The notes under the pieces: model-generated | Databases searched by the model: none | Told to the model about the DNA's origin: nothing | What the model saw: only the letters and a program-made list of their open reading frames with translations | Source: Octopus sinensis | Taxonomy: Eukaryota | Assembly: GCF_006345805.1 (NCBI RefSeq) | Contig: NW_021835606.1 | Span: 1 to 26,424, forward strand | Length of the DNA: 26,424 bases | Direction of reading: 5' to 3' | In this document: positions 1 to 9,864 of the stretch, piece after piece | Layout of the letters: each line of letters opens with the position of its first letter | Position numbering within the stretch: position 1 is the first letter of the stretch | Translations under genes and position numbers: made by a program

Positions 1-240
1 TGGACTTGTGCCTTGGAGGGGAATCTTCCTTGGTGTAATGCCTTGGTCATTCATGACCAAAGGGTATCTTTACCCTTAACATATGTACATATAATGGTGT
101 GGAGAGGAGATGTTGGTATGCATGGGACACAGCTGGTCTTCTATAAACTACCTTACCTGGACTAGTGCCTCAGAGGGGAACTTTCTGGGTTCAATTCCAT
201 GGTCATTCATGATTGAAGGAGGTCGTTATCCTTTACACTT
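1..240 (+). mobile_element. Two tandem 3' tails of a tRNA-derived SINE (family C; full copy at 20423-20756)
   Basis: GGACT(T/A)GTGCCT..GAGGGGAA..GGTCATTCATGA occurs at about 2-60 and 158-212. 90-240 aligns by eye to the reverse complement of 20425-20570. Confidence 0.7.
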
Positions 241-359
241 TAATAACAATAAAACAGCAAAACTATAAACAACAGTGGAAGCAAACAACAACAACAATAT
301 TGTGTCTGTGGTTTATGTGGCCATTGACCATTCAGAAATAGCAGCCAAATCTCCCTCGA

Positions 360-555
360 GCTGGCAGAAATGTTAGCACGCCGGGCAAAATGCTTAACAG
401 TATTTCGTCTGCCGCTACGTTCTGAGTTCAAATTCCACCGAGCTCGACTTTGCCTTTCATCCTTTCGTGGTCGATGAAATAATCGACTTAATCCGTTTGT
501 CTGTCCTTGTTTGTTCCCCCTGTGTTTAGCCCCTTGTGGGCAATTAACAAATAAG
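360..555 (+). mobile_element. tRNA-derived SINE (family B) with 13-bp target-site duplication
   Basis: Head GCTGGCAGAAATGTTAGC...GAGTTCAAATTCC (B-box-like). Homologous to 4628-4858 (-). AAATCTCCCTCGA flanks it at 347-359 and 556-568. Confidence 0.85.
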
Positions 556-719
556 AAATCTCCCTCGAATTACACCTCTTCAATGTAGAGAAAAGCTTAT
601 TGGATAAGGTTGTTGAAAGCTCCCTAGACATAGATATGGGATGGAATGGTCATGGTTGGAACGATTTTGATTCGGTCGTGGAGTCTCTACTCTGATTGAG
701 CTGAGACCTAGGAATGAAT

Positions 720-950
720 CAGAGCAAGAACATCATAAGCAACAACCACCATCACCACTGTCAACTATACTCTACCACCACTGTCACCACTACCACTGCT
801 ACCACCATCACCACCACAACCAACATCACCACTACCACCACCACCGCCACCAAAAAATTTCCACCACTGCTGCCATCATTACCACCACTAGCACCATTAT
901 CACCACCACCACCTCCAATAACAACAACAGTAACAACCACCATCATCAGC
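720..950. repeat. Degenerate (CAC/ACT)n trinucleotide array
   Basis: Direct reading. Confidence 0.9.
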
Positions 951-1179
951 AAATACAATATATTGGCTGGAAGCTTTTAATTAGAACAGCTGACCAGCCA
1001 GCAAACCAGCCTGCCAGTCAACCAGGCAGCCACATGGGCCAACAGTTGCTTTCTTCTTTATGTTTCATTATTTCTTTGAAATGAGCTGTCAATATCTTAC
1101 TTCCCTGTTTTGAGGCTGGCTCCAATGTTTCTTTCTATTTTGTGTTAGTATTTGTGAATTATCTAATTGCATATATCAA

Positions 1180-1197
1180 TATCTATCTATCTATCTA

Positions 1198-1265
<68 letters not shown>

Positions 1266-1293
1266 TTATCTATCTATCTATCTAATCTATCTA

Positions 1294-1324
<31 letters not shown>

Positions 1325-1326
1325 GC

Positions 1327-1358
<32 letters not shown>

Positions 1359-1433
1359 ATCTCTATCTATCCTATCTATCTATCTATCTATCTATCCTAT
1401 CTATTCTATCTATCTACTCTATCTATCTATCTA

Positions 1434-1466
<33 letters not shown>

Positions 1467-1712
1467 CCTATTATTTCATTCATCTATCTATCTATCTATA
1501 TGTATGTGTATATATACATAGTTTATACATACATGTGTACTTGTGTGCATATAGTATTATGTATGTTATGTATGTATGTATTATGTATGTATGTATGTAT
1601 ATACATACATATATATGTATGTAGTATTTATGTATATATATTATATATATAACACTATACTTATTCCACATCCTCACGTTGTATTTTCTCTTTGTTCATG
1701 ATTGGGATTAAC

Positions 1713-1745
<33 letters not shown>

Positions 1746-1746
1746 C

Positions 1747-1781
<35 letters not shown>

Positions 1782-1790
1782 ATATCTTAT
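1180..1790. repeat. (TATC)n followed by (TATG)n/(TA)n microsatellites
   Basis: Direct reading. Confidence 0.95.
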
Positions 1791-1858
1791 TGATAGAGAC
1801 CGATATTCTCCATATAGAATACACTCTATAGTGCTCAAGAGATTTAAACTTGAGGAGG

Positions 1859-2400
1859 TAGAGGAGTAAATATATTGATAAATAAGTTAGGTAAGTCGAT
1901 ATATAAAAAATATTAAATACAATTAATACAAAAAATGTACATATGTTTATATATCAGAAGTTCCAACTTACCCAGAAAAGAAACGATATCAGGGATTAAA
2001 GGGGTCAAATAAAAATTTTACAAGTCCATCAGCTGTTTCTGGGGACACGGTGGTCCGAGATAATGACTGCAAATTGATTTCATCATCAGATAATACCAGC
2101 CACCGTCTTCAGGGAATAATTTTATATTTGAGGTGTTGACAGAAAGGAGATTAAATATGGAATAATTCTAGATTTAATCTTCTTTCTGTCAACACCTCAA
2201 ATGTAAGATTCATCCATGAAGATGGAGGCTAGTATTATCTGATGAGGGAATCAATTTGCACTCATTATCTCAGACCACCATGCATCCAGAAACAGATGCT
2301 GGACTCATAAAAGTCTTATTCAACCCTGTTAATTCTTGATAACTTGGACCTTTTTATATATAAACCTTTGTACATATTTTGTATCAAATGTACTCCTTTA
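1859..2400. mobile_element. Foldback / MITE-like palindromic element
   Basis: 2126-2156 and 2172-2202 are reverse complements (1 mismatch in 31) around a 15-nt loop. Arms stay alignable outward to about 1920/2390. Ends are TAGAGGAGTA and TACTCCTTTA. Confidence 0.75.
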
Positions 2401-2635
2401 CTTTTTTACTCTTTTACTTGTTTCAGTCATTTGACTGCGGCCATGCTGGAGCACCGCCTTTAGTCGAGCAAATCGACCCCAGGACTTATTCTTTGTAAGC
2501 CTAGTACTTATTCTATCGGTCTCTTTTGCAGAACCGCTAAGTTACAGGGACGTAAACACACCAGCATCGGTTGTCAAACAATGTTGGGGGAACAACCACA
2601 GACACACAAATACACACATATATATAAATATACAG
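2401..2635 (-). mobile_element. SINE family A, 3' half only
   Basis: Near-identical to the reverse complement of 17740-17905 (GGCGGTGCTCCAGCATGGCCGCAGTCAAATGACTGAAACAAGTAAAAGAGT tail). Confidence 0.9.
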
Positions 2636-3125
2636 ATGGCAATGTGAAGCTGCTGAAGTCTGTGGTCAAACCCAGGCTGGAGATGGTTGCTGCCAGAAAG
2701 CTAAATGTGTAGCAGCAGGATTTAGCTCCTTGACACATCACAGAAAAGTGTCGGAAGCAGTTGGCAGAGAATTTCTACAGCTTCACCAGACCCAATCTCT
2801 GGCCTCCTGCATGAAGTGTGGTTGAGAAAAACACCAACTATTCTGTCTGCAACACCAAGGCCAAGCTGGTGGCCAAGGTGATAGTCAAGATCAAGGACAT
2901 GTTTGAAGATCGTTCCAGAGACACTGTGAGGAATGCATGTACCAGGTTCTGGGACCATTTTGAGCCTGTGGTGGAAACTGAGGATGGCTACTATGAGTAA
3001 ACTGTTATCTCTCAGCCAAACTCTTGCTGATATTTTTTGATTCTTTAAAAATAGTTTTATTTCTGGATGAGATATTCTTTTCTTTTCTTTTTATGCAATC
3101 TACCAAATTCAGACTGACCGCCCTA
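2636..3125 (+). pseudogene. Tc1/mariner (maT/DD37D-like) transposase C-terminal remnant with right end
   Basis: Translates as LLKSVVKPRLEMVAARKLNV*QQDLAP*H...AENFYSFTRPNLWPP..SVVEKNTN..NACTRFWDHFEPVVETEDGYYE*. Has in-frame stops, and the SPDLNPxD segment is deleted. Ends ..CCGCCCTA then TA. Confidence 0.8.
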
Positions 3126-3269
3126 TATACATACACATCCACATCATCATAATCAGTAGCAGCATCATTTTATGTCTACCTTTCCTAATTCTGACTCTTT
3201 TAGTCTCATCTTATGATAAGCAAGTATGTGAAAATTGTAAGGAAAATTCTAAAGAACATTCAAAAGCCT

Positions 3270-3520
3270 AAGGCCCTCTTCAAAGATATGGAAATGAATT
3301 CCAGTGTGCGAAGAGAATCAGAATGCCTACTCTGCCCCTTCCTGATGGCCACAGCTTCATAGTGTCTGTTGTAGCTGTCCATGTCACATCTTATTGCTTT
3401 TAAAATGTTCACAGAGCATTGACCGGCAGTCATGAAGTTGGTAATTTAACACCCAGCATGAATCGTCAGGACACAGGGAAATCTTTTCTCCAATATTCAG
3501 ATGGCTTCAAGTGCTCCCTG
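3270..3520 (-). pseudogene. Tc1/mariner (maT-like) transposase N-terminal remnant
   Basis: Minus strand gives KPSEYWRK / VLTIHAGC*ITNFMTAGQCSVNILKAIRCDMDSYNRHYEAVAIRKGQSRHSDSLRTLEFI, resembling the HTH and RxxRSDxxRTxEFI region of maT-type transposases (from recall). Confidence 0.6.
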
Positions 3521-3562
3521 CCAACCAACTTTTTCTCAACCGCAACTTTAATCTTTAACATC

Positions 3563-3670
3563 AGGGAAGGCATCCAGCCGTAGAAAATCTATCCCAACAA
3601 ATTCCACCTGACCCATGCAAGCATGGATAAGTAGACATTGAGCGATGATGATGATGATGATGATGATGAA
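3563..3670 (+). mobile_element. RTE-like retroposon 3' tail ending in (GAT)n
   Basis: GGCATCCAGCCGTAGAAAA...CCCATGCAAGCATGGA...GATGATGAT. Same architecture as minus-strand copies at 9010, 9865 and 20782. Confidence 0.65.
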
Positions 3671-4110
3671 GAGGAGGAGGAGAAGAAAAAGGATGATGAC
3701 AGTGGTGATGGTGATGATGATGATGATGACAACAGTGATGATGATCATGTTGATGGGGATGTGAATTAGGAGGACAAGGAGGTGGAAGAGGTTGATGATG
3801 ATGGCGATGATGATGATGGTGATGATGATGATGTGGAGGAGGAGAAAAAGTATGATGACAGTAGTGATGGTGATGATGATGATGATAACAACAACAGTGA
3901 TGATGAGAATGAGGATTAGGAGGACAAGGAGGTGGAAGAGGTTCAGGATGATGGCGATGACGATGAAGATGATAGTGATGATGATGATGAGGAGGACGAC
4001 GAAAAGTATGATGATGATGGTGATGACGATGATGATGACGGCGACAATGATTATAATGATAATGATGACGACGACGATGATGATGACGATGATGATGAAG
4101 AGGAGAACCA
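3645..4110. repeat. (GAT/GAC/GAG)n array with ~160-bp higher-order units
   Basis: ATTAGGAGGACAAGGAGGTGGAAGAGGTT occurs twice (about 3765 and 3916) inside the GAT array. Confidence 0.9.
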
Positions 4111-4627
4111 ATAATCTGATTGGCTGCAAACGGTGTGAGTTGGGTCGTACATCACCAATAACCTGTGCTCGAGTACACCAACAGCCATAGTCTTATTCTG
4201 CTGTGACCACCACCAGAATCTACGACGGAGTGGGGGTGGGGCAGGGGTTTTGCAGGAACGGACTGGACACAAGAGAATGTGTCATGTGTCAGCATCACTG
4301 TCATACTGCTCTTTACGCATCAAGCACTGCGTGTCACAAAGTGCTGTATGACCCTCATTAAGAAAGGAGCAAGGAAGATTGATTTTGTGGGTCACATCTC
4401 ATCTGGTGGCTTAACTGCATGTGTGCCATTCTACTACTTTACCAGGAATGTCCCGAGGTTTGACCACAGCAGCTATAGTACCACCTCGACATCAGTATTA
4501 TAACGTTACAGCACTATACGTCACTCCTGCTGCGATACCGTTGCAGACCCATTGACATGCTACCACTGACCTACTACAACACTAACCCTGACATTAACTG
4601 TCGTAAACAATATGATACTACACAAGT

Positions 4628-4858
4628 ACCTATTTCTATTTCTTTACTACCCACAAGGGGCTAAACACAGAGGAGACAAACAAGGACAGACAGACAATTG
4701 AGTCGATTATATTGACCCCAGTGCGTAACTGGTACTTAATTTATTGACCCTGAAAGGATGAAAGGCAAAGTCGACCTCGGCGGAATTTGAACTCAGAACG
4801 TAACGGCAGACGAAATACCGCTAAGCATTTCGCCTGGCGTGCTAACGTTTCTGCCAGC
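4628..4858 (-). mobile_element. tRNA-derived SINE (family B)
   Basis: Reverse complement reads GCTGGCAGAAACGTTAGCACGCC...GAGTTCAAATTCCGCCGAGGTCGACTTTGCCTTTCATCCTTTC, matching 360-555. Confidence 0.9.
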
Positions 4859-5175
4859 ACCACCATCATCATCACTGCTACTGTGCCACTAGGACCACAA
4901 CATATACCAACACCACCACCACCACCATTGTCAGAATCAACACACCACCACCACTACTCTCACCACCACTTCCCATCATCACCAAAAAACCACCACCAAC
5001 AACTCTACCATCATCTCAACTACCACAACCACTGTCACCATCACTACCACCACCAGCACCACCACGATACCCCACCATCACCTTCACTGCCACCGTCACC
5101 ACAACCATCATCACCACTACCACACACCACCTCGATCGCCACCACCACCACCACCACCATCATCATCATCAATAA
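4859..5175. repeat. Degenerate (CAC/CAT)n array
   Basis: Direct reading. Confidence 0.9.
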
Positions 5176-5409
5176 GTGATGCTGCCTCTATGGCCACTGA
5201 ACGTTCTTGAAATAGTAGCTGAATTTCCCTTAAATTACTCCTCCCCACCACCACTCTTTCCGCACCTCACTGGTTTCTTTGCTTGATACATATTCTGTAC
5301 ATATGAGACAAATGAGATGGTCACATTTGGATTGTAAGTCTGCTCACATAAGGGGCTGACTTTGGGGGTTTAAATAGCGATGAGGGTAGCAACATCAGAA
5401 TCATTGCTA

Positions 5410-5520
5410 TAAACCCCACACAACAACTACAGCAGCTACCACCACCACTACCACCTGTACTACCATTATTATGAAGACAATGGTGACCACAGTGATGACA
5501 ACCATTACCACTACCACCAT

Positions 5521-5575
<55 letters not shown>

Positions 5576-6810
5576 GCTGCTGCTGCTACTGCTGTTGCTG
5601 CTACTACTACTACAACCAATACTGCAACTGCTACTATCACTACTATGACAACAATGACTATCACAATGATGACAACTACTACTACCACCACCACCACCAC
5701 CACCACCATAACTACTACTACTACGATGACAATAATGTCTACCACCACCACTACTACAACTACTATCACCGTACTACTTCCACTACTGCTATAAGTACTA
5801 ACACAAGTACCACCACCACTGCAGCTGCCGCTACTACAACTACTACTACTGACATTACTACTACCACTATGACCATGACACTCACCACCTTTAACACTAC
5901 CACCACCACACAACCACCAGCATCACCATTACTGCCAACACCACCATCTGTGCCACTACCACCACCACCACAACCTTCGTCATCATCATCACCACCACCA
6001 TGACCAACATCACTGCTATCATCACTATCAAAACCACTACTTGCACCTCCAACACCACTAGCACTACCTCCACCACATCCACCACCACAACTACCATCAA
6101 CTCCATCACCATGACCACTACCTCCACCACTATCACCACCACCACCACCACCATTACAACTACCACTACCATCATCATCATCACCACTGCAACCATCACT
6201 GCCAACACCAAGACCACCACCAATGCCATCTCTTTCACCACCACCACCAGACAACCACCATCACCATCATCACTACCACTACCTTCACCACTATCACCAC
6301 CACCACCATTACAGCTACCACCACCATCACCATCATCACCACTGCAACCATCAACCCCACCACCAAGACCACCACCAACACCACCACCAATGCCACCTCT
6401 TTCACCACCACCACCACCAGACAACCACCATCACCATCATCACTATCACTAACCCCACCACATCACCACCACCACCATTACAACTGCCACCACCATCACC
6501 ATTATCACCACTGCAACCATCACTGCCACCACCAACACCAAGACCACCACCACCACCACTACCTCCACCACCATCACCATCATCACTACCACTACCTCCA
6601 CCATCACCATCAACACCACCACTGCTACTAACAATTACACAATAATTCTCCTTACTATTACAACTACCTAACACACCACCTTTAACACTACCACCACAAC
6701 CACCACCACCACCACCACCATTATTACCACTATTAACTCAATAATTACTACTACTGCTGTTGCTACTACCACTACTACTATTACCACTACCACTACTACT
6801 ACCGCTACTT
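5410..6810. repeat. Long degenerate (ACC/ACT/ATC)n array with internal higher-order duplications
   Basis: Direct reading. CAATGCCA(T/C)CTCTTTCACCACCACCACC..AGACAACCACCATCACC is repeated at about 6221 and 6388. Confidence 0.95.
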
Positions 6811-6840
6811 CTATAATTGCTATAGAATATAAGAGGACAT

Positions 6841-6897
6841 GTTGCTATGACAACAGGCTTACAGTTTCAATCCAGCATGGCCAGTTACCATGACAAC
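6841..6897. promoter_or_regulatory. Two canonical RFX X-box motifs
   Basis: GTTGCTATGACAAC (6841-6854) and GTTACCATGACAAC (6884-6897) both match GTHNYY-AT-RRNAAC with no mismatch. Function untested. Confidence 0.55.
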
Positions 6898-6959
6898 GGC
6901 ATTTGCTGAGCTCATAAGGTCAACGGTTCAAACGAAGCTGCAGGCATTGTGTTGTTTGT

Positions 6960-7451
6960 TAGACGTTTGGTGGTGGTGATGGTGGTGGTGGCAGGGAGAG
7001 TAGGAAGAGCAGTGATGGTGGTAGTAGTGGTGGTGATGGTGGTGGTGGCAGCTGAGACAGTAGTGGTAGTGGTTGTAGTGTTCGTGGTGGTGGTGGTGGT
7101 GGTTATGATTGGAAAGGTGATGGTAGTGGTAACAGTACTGGCGGTCATGATGGAAGTAGCGGAGGTTGTAGTTGTGGCTGTGGTAGTGGTAGTGGTAGTA
7201 GTTATGATGTTGAAAGTGGTGGTGGTTATGGTACTGGTAATTTTGATGGTAGTTGTGGTGGTAGTGTTTATGATGATGATGATAATGATGATGGTTATGG
7301 TAGTTGCAGTGGTAGTGGTTGCTATAATTGTGAAGGTGGTAGCGGTGACAGTATAGGATGTTGGTAGTAGGGTTTGTTTTGGTGTTGTTGTTGTTGATAG
7401 TGGTGATGGTGGTAGTTGTGGTGATGGTGGTGGTGAGGTTTGTTTTGGTGG

Positions 7452-7484
<33 letters not shown>

Positions 7485-7590
7485 TGGTGATGGTGGTGGT
7501 GATAGTGGTGGTGGGTTTGTTTTGGTGTTGTTGTTGGTGGTGGTAGCGGTGGTGTTGAAGGTTGCAGTGATGGTGGTAGTTGTGGTGGTG
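6960..7590. repeat. Degenerate (GGT/GTT/GAT)n array, opposite orientation to 5410-6810
   Basis: Direct reading. Confidence 0.95.
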
Positions 7591-8164
7591 GCTATATGAC
7601 ACTCTCACGTATAGATCCACACACACACACACCATCTCAAATGTACATATGCACAGTTATATATATATATATACACAGACATATACACACACATGTATGC
7701 ACTCAAAAATTTACAAATGCAAACACACACATACACACACTCATAAAAACATTGACATTTAATTGCAAACACATACACTTATGCACACGCACATACACAT
7801 GTGTGCACACATACACTTGCATTCACAGTCGACCATACATGCATACACCTATTCTCACACATATGCATACACGATTCCATATATGTACAAATATGTAAAC
7901 ACAGCAAACAGACAAGGACATAACTATGCACAGTTTAAATATATAAACAACTGCATAGAAGGCTACCATACAAATGCGTCTTAGCAGATATGTACATATA
8001 CCTATGGCTATCTACCTGTCTATCTGTCCATCCTTCTGTCTATCTATCTATATATCTTTCAAACTGTCTATCTATCTATCTATCTATCTATCAATCTATC
8101 TATCTGCCTATCTATCTATCTATATATCTATGTATGTATGTATGTATGTATGTATGTATGTATG

Positions 8165-8267
<103 letters not shown>

Positions 8268-8275
8268 ATTATTTA

Positions 8276-8318
<43 letters not shown>

Positions 8319-8599
8319 ATCTATCTATCTATCGGCCTATCTATCTATCTATCTATCTATCTTTCTATCTATATATGTATCTGTCTATCTATCAACTTGT
8401 TTGATTGGCTCTTTTTCTCTTTCTCTCTCTCTCTATATATATATATTTATACATACCTATATTTATGGATGTGCGTATATAATGTGTGTGTGTATGTATA
8501 TAATATATATATATATATATATACATATATACATACATACAAATATATATATATATATATATATACATACAATATATGTACATAAACATATGGTAACTT

Positions 8600-8631
<32 letters not shown>

Positions 8632-8644
8632 ATATATATTTATA

Positions 8645-8850
8645 AAGTTAATCCAAACATGAATACACAAAGAGAAAACACAACAACGCGAGGACGTGGA
8701 ACAAATATAGTGTTATGGGACGCTCAGGAAGGAAGAGAAGAAGGAGAGTTTAAAGTTTCGAACGAAGCTCTTCGTCAGAAACATAGGAAAAGGAAAGATC
8801 CAGACAAGGGAAGACGGAGGAAAAAAATCACCAACGGTACACATGCGGTC
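8645..8850 (-). mobile_element. Probable Penelope-like-element-derived interspersed repeat
   Basis: Non-simple island carrying the CTGAnGA-stem-CGAAAC signature typical of Penelope pseudo-LTRs. The family assignment is inference. Confidence 0.45.
8748..8782 (-). ncRNA. Minimal type I hammerhead ribozyme-like motif (degenerate)
   Basis: Minus strand: GUUU-CUGACGA-A-GAGC(UUC)GUUC-GAAA-CUUU-AAAC. Stem I is GUUU/AAAC, stem II is GAGC/GUUC, and both core boxes are present. Confidence 0.5.
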
Positions 8851-8865
8851 ACATACAAATATACA

Positions 8866-8903
<38 letters not shown>

Positions 8904-9009
8904 ATATATTATATAGATATATAATATATATATATATACATACATACATACAAATATATGTACATACATATATGGTAACTTTATATATATGTATATATAT
9001 GTTTGCATG

Positions 9010-9200
9010 TATCATCATCATCTTTAATGCTCATTTTGCATGCTGGCAGGGATTGGATGGTTTGACCAGAGCTGGTAAAGTCAGGAGATACACCAGGCCC
9101 CCTTGTTCACAGATGCCCTTCGTAGTGCCAACCACTCTCATTACATTGCCCCAGCACAAGTGCTTTTTATGTGACACCAGCACTGGTAGCAACTCATCCA
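9010..9200 (-). mobile_element. RTE-like 3' tail, (ATC)n at left end
   Basis: ATCATCATC..CATGCTGGCAGGG..GATGCCCTTC..GCCAACCAC, similar to 20782-20950. Confidence 0.6.
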
Positions 9201-9254
9201 TTCAGCATGGTGCCACATATCTCAGTTCTTTGTCACCCCTTTCATAAGGCCCAT

Positions 9255-9435
9255 CCTTGCCACCACTGCTTCACAACTGGTGTTTGTTTGTTTACATCCT
9301 TGTAAGCTAACAGTCCAGCAAAAGACAACAGTTGAATAAGCGCCATGCTTTAAAACCAGAGGTAAGGACAGGAGCTGAATTCTTTCGACTAAACCATTGC
9401 CAGCAGTTCCCCAGCAACTCAAAGACAAAAGACAA
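9255..9435 (+). mobile_element. Old, diverged SINE family A 3' portion
   Basis: CCACCACTGCTTCACAACTGG..TGTTTACATCC..CAGCAAAAGAC..GAATAAG aligns to the family A body. Confidence 0.55.
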
Positions 9436-9666
9436 ATGGTATTTTACATGGAAGGTGAAAATAAATAAATAAATAAATATATTGGCATTCAAAATATTTA
9501 TAAGAAAAATCTAAAGTTATAAAACAGTAAAGTGTGAAAATATTTTGAATTGTTCTCTTTGAAATACATGAACAATATTTCCGCTAAATCTTCAAAAATT
9601 ATGACTGCTATGATAATATTGTCATGACACCAAAAGTTAGAGTGGTAGGTGGAAGAGACAAAGAGG

Positions 9667-9733
9667 TGTAAACATGGCGGCAGGAAGCAGGATGGAAGGT
9701 GATCGCAGTGAATGTAAGCTAGAGTGTGTAAGC
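9667..9733 (+). promoter_or_regulatory. Candidate promoter or first-exon patch (forkhead + YY1 motif, ATG, two GTAAGC donors)
   Basis: TGTAAACA at 9667-9674 overlaps AACATGGCGGC at 9671-9681. GTAAGC occurs at 9714 and 9728. Confidence 0.25.
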
Positions 9734-9864
9734 CATGTGTTTTGAGCAAAAGATAAATGTTGAAAAATGAACATTAAATGCAAAAAACATTTTTATTAAA
9801 ATATATTAAAATATGAAGAATTCTTAAGATTTTAACTGCGATTTTTGATTGATCCAACAGACAT

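Noticed and set aside
3932-4114. Acidic Asp/Glu ORF
   Set aside because: (GAT)n expansion from a retroposon tail, with in-frame TAG stops in the adjacent repeat units.
5407-6674. Thr-rich mucin-like, His-rich, Pro-rich and Gly/Val-rich ORFs
   Set aside because: All frames on both strands are intermittently open because the DNA is degenerate (ACC)n. No splice signals or signal peptide, and frames shift freely.
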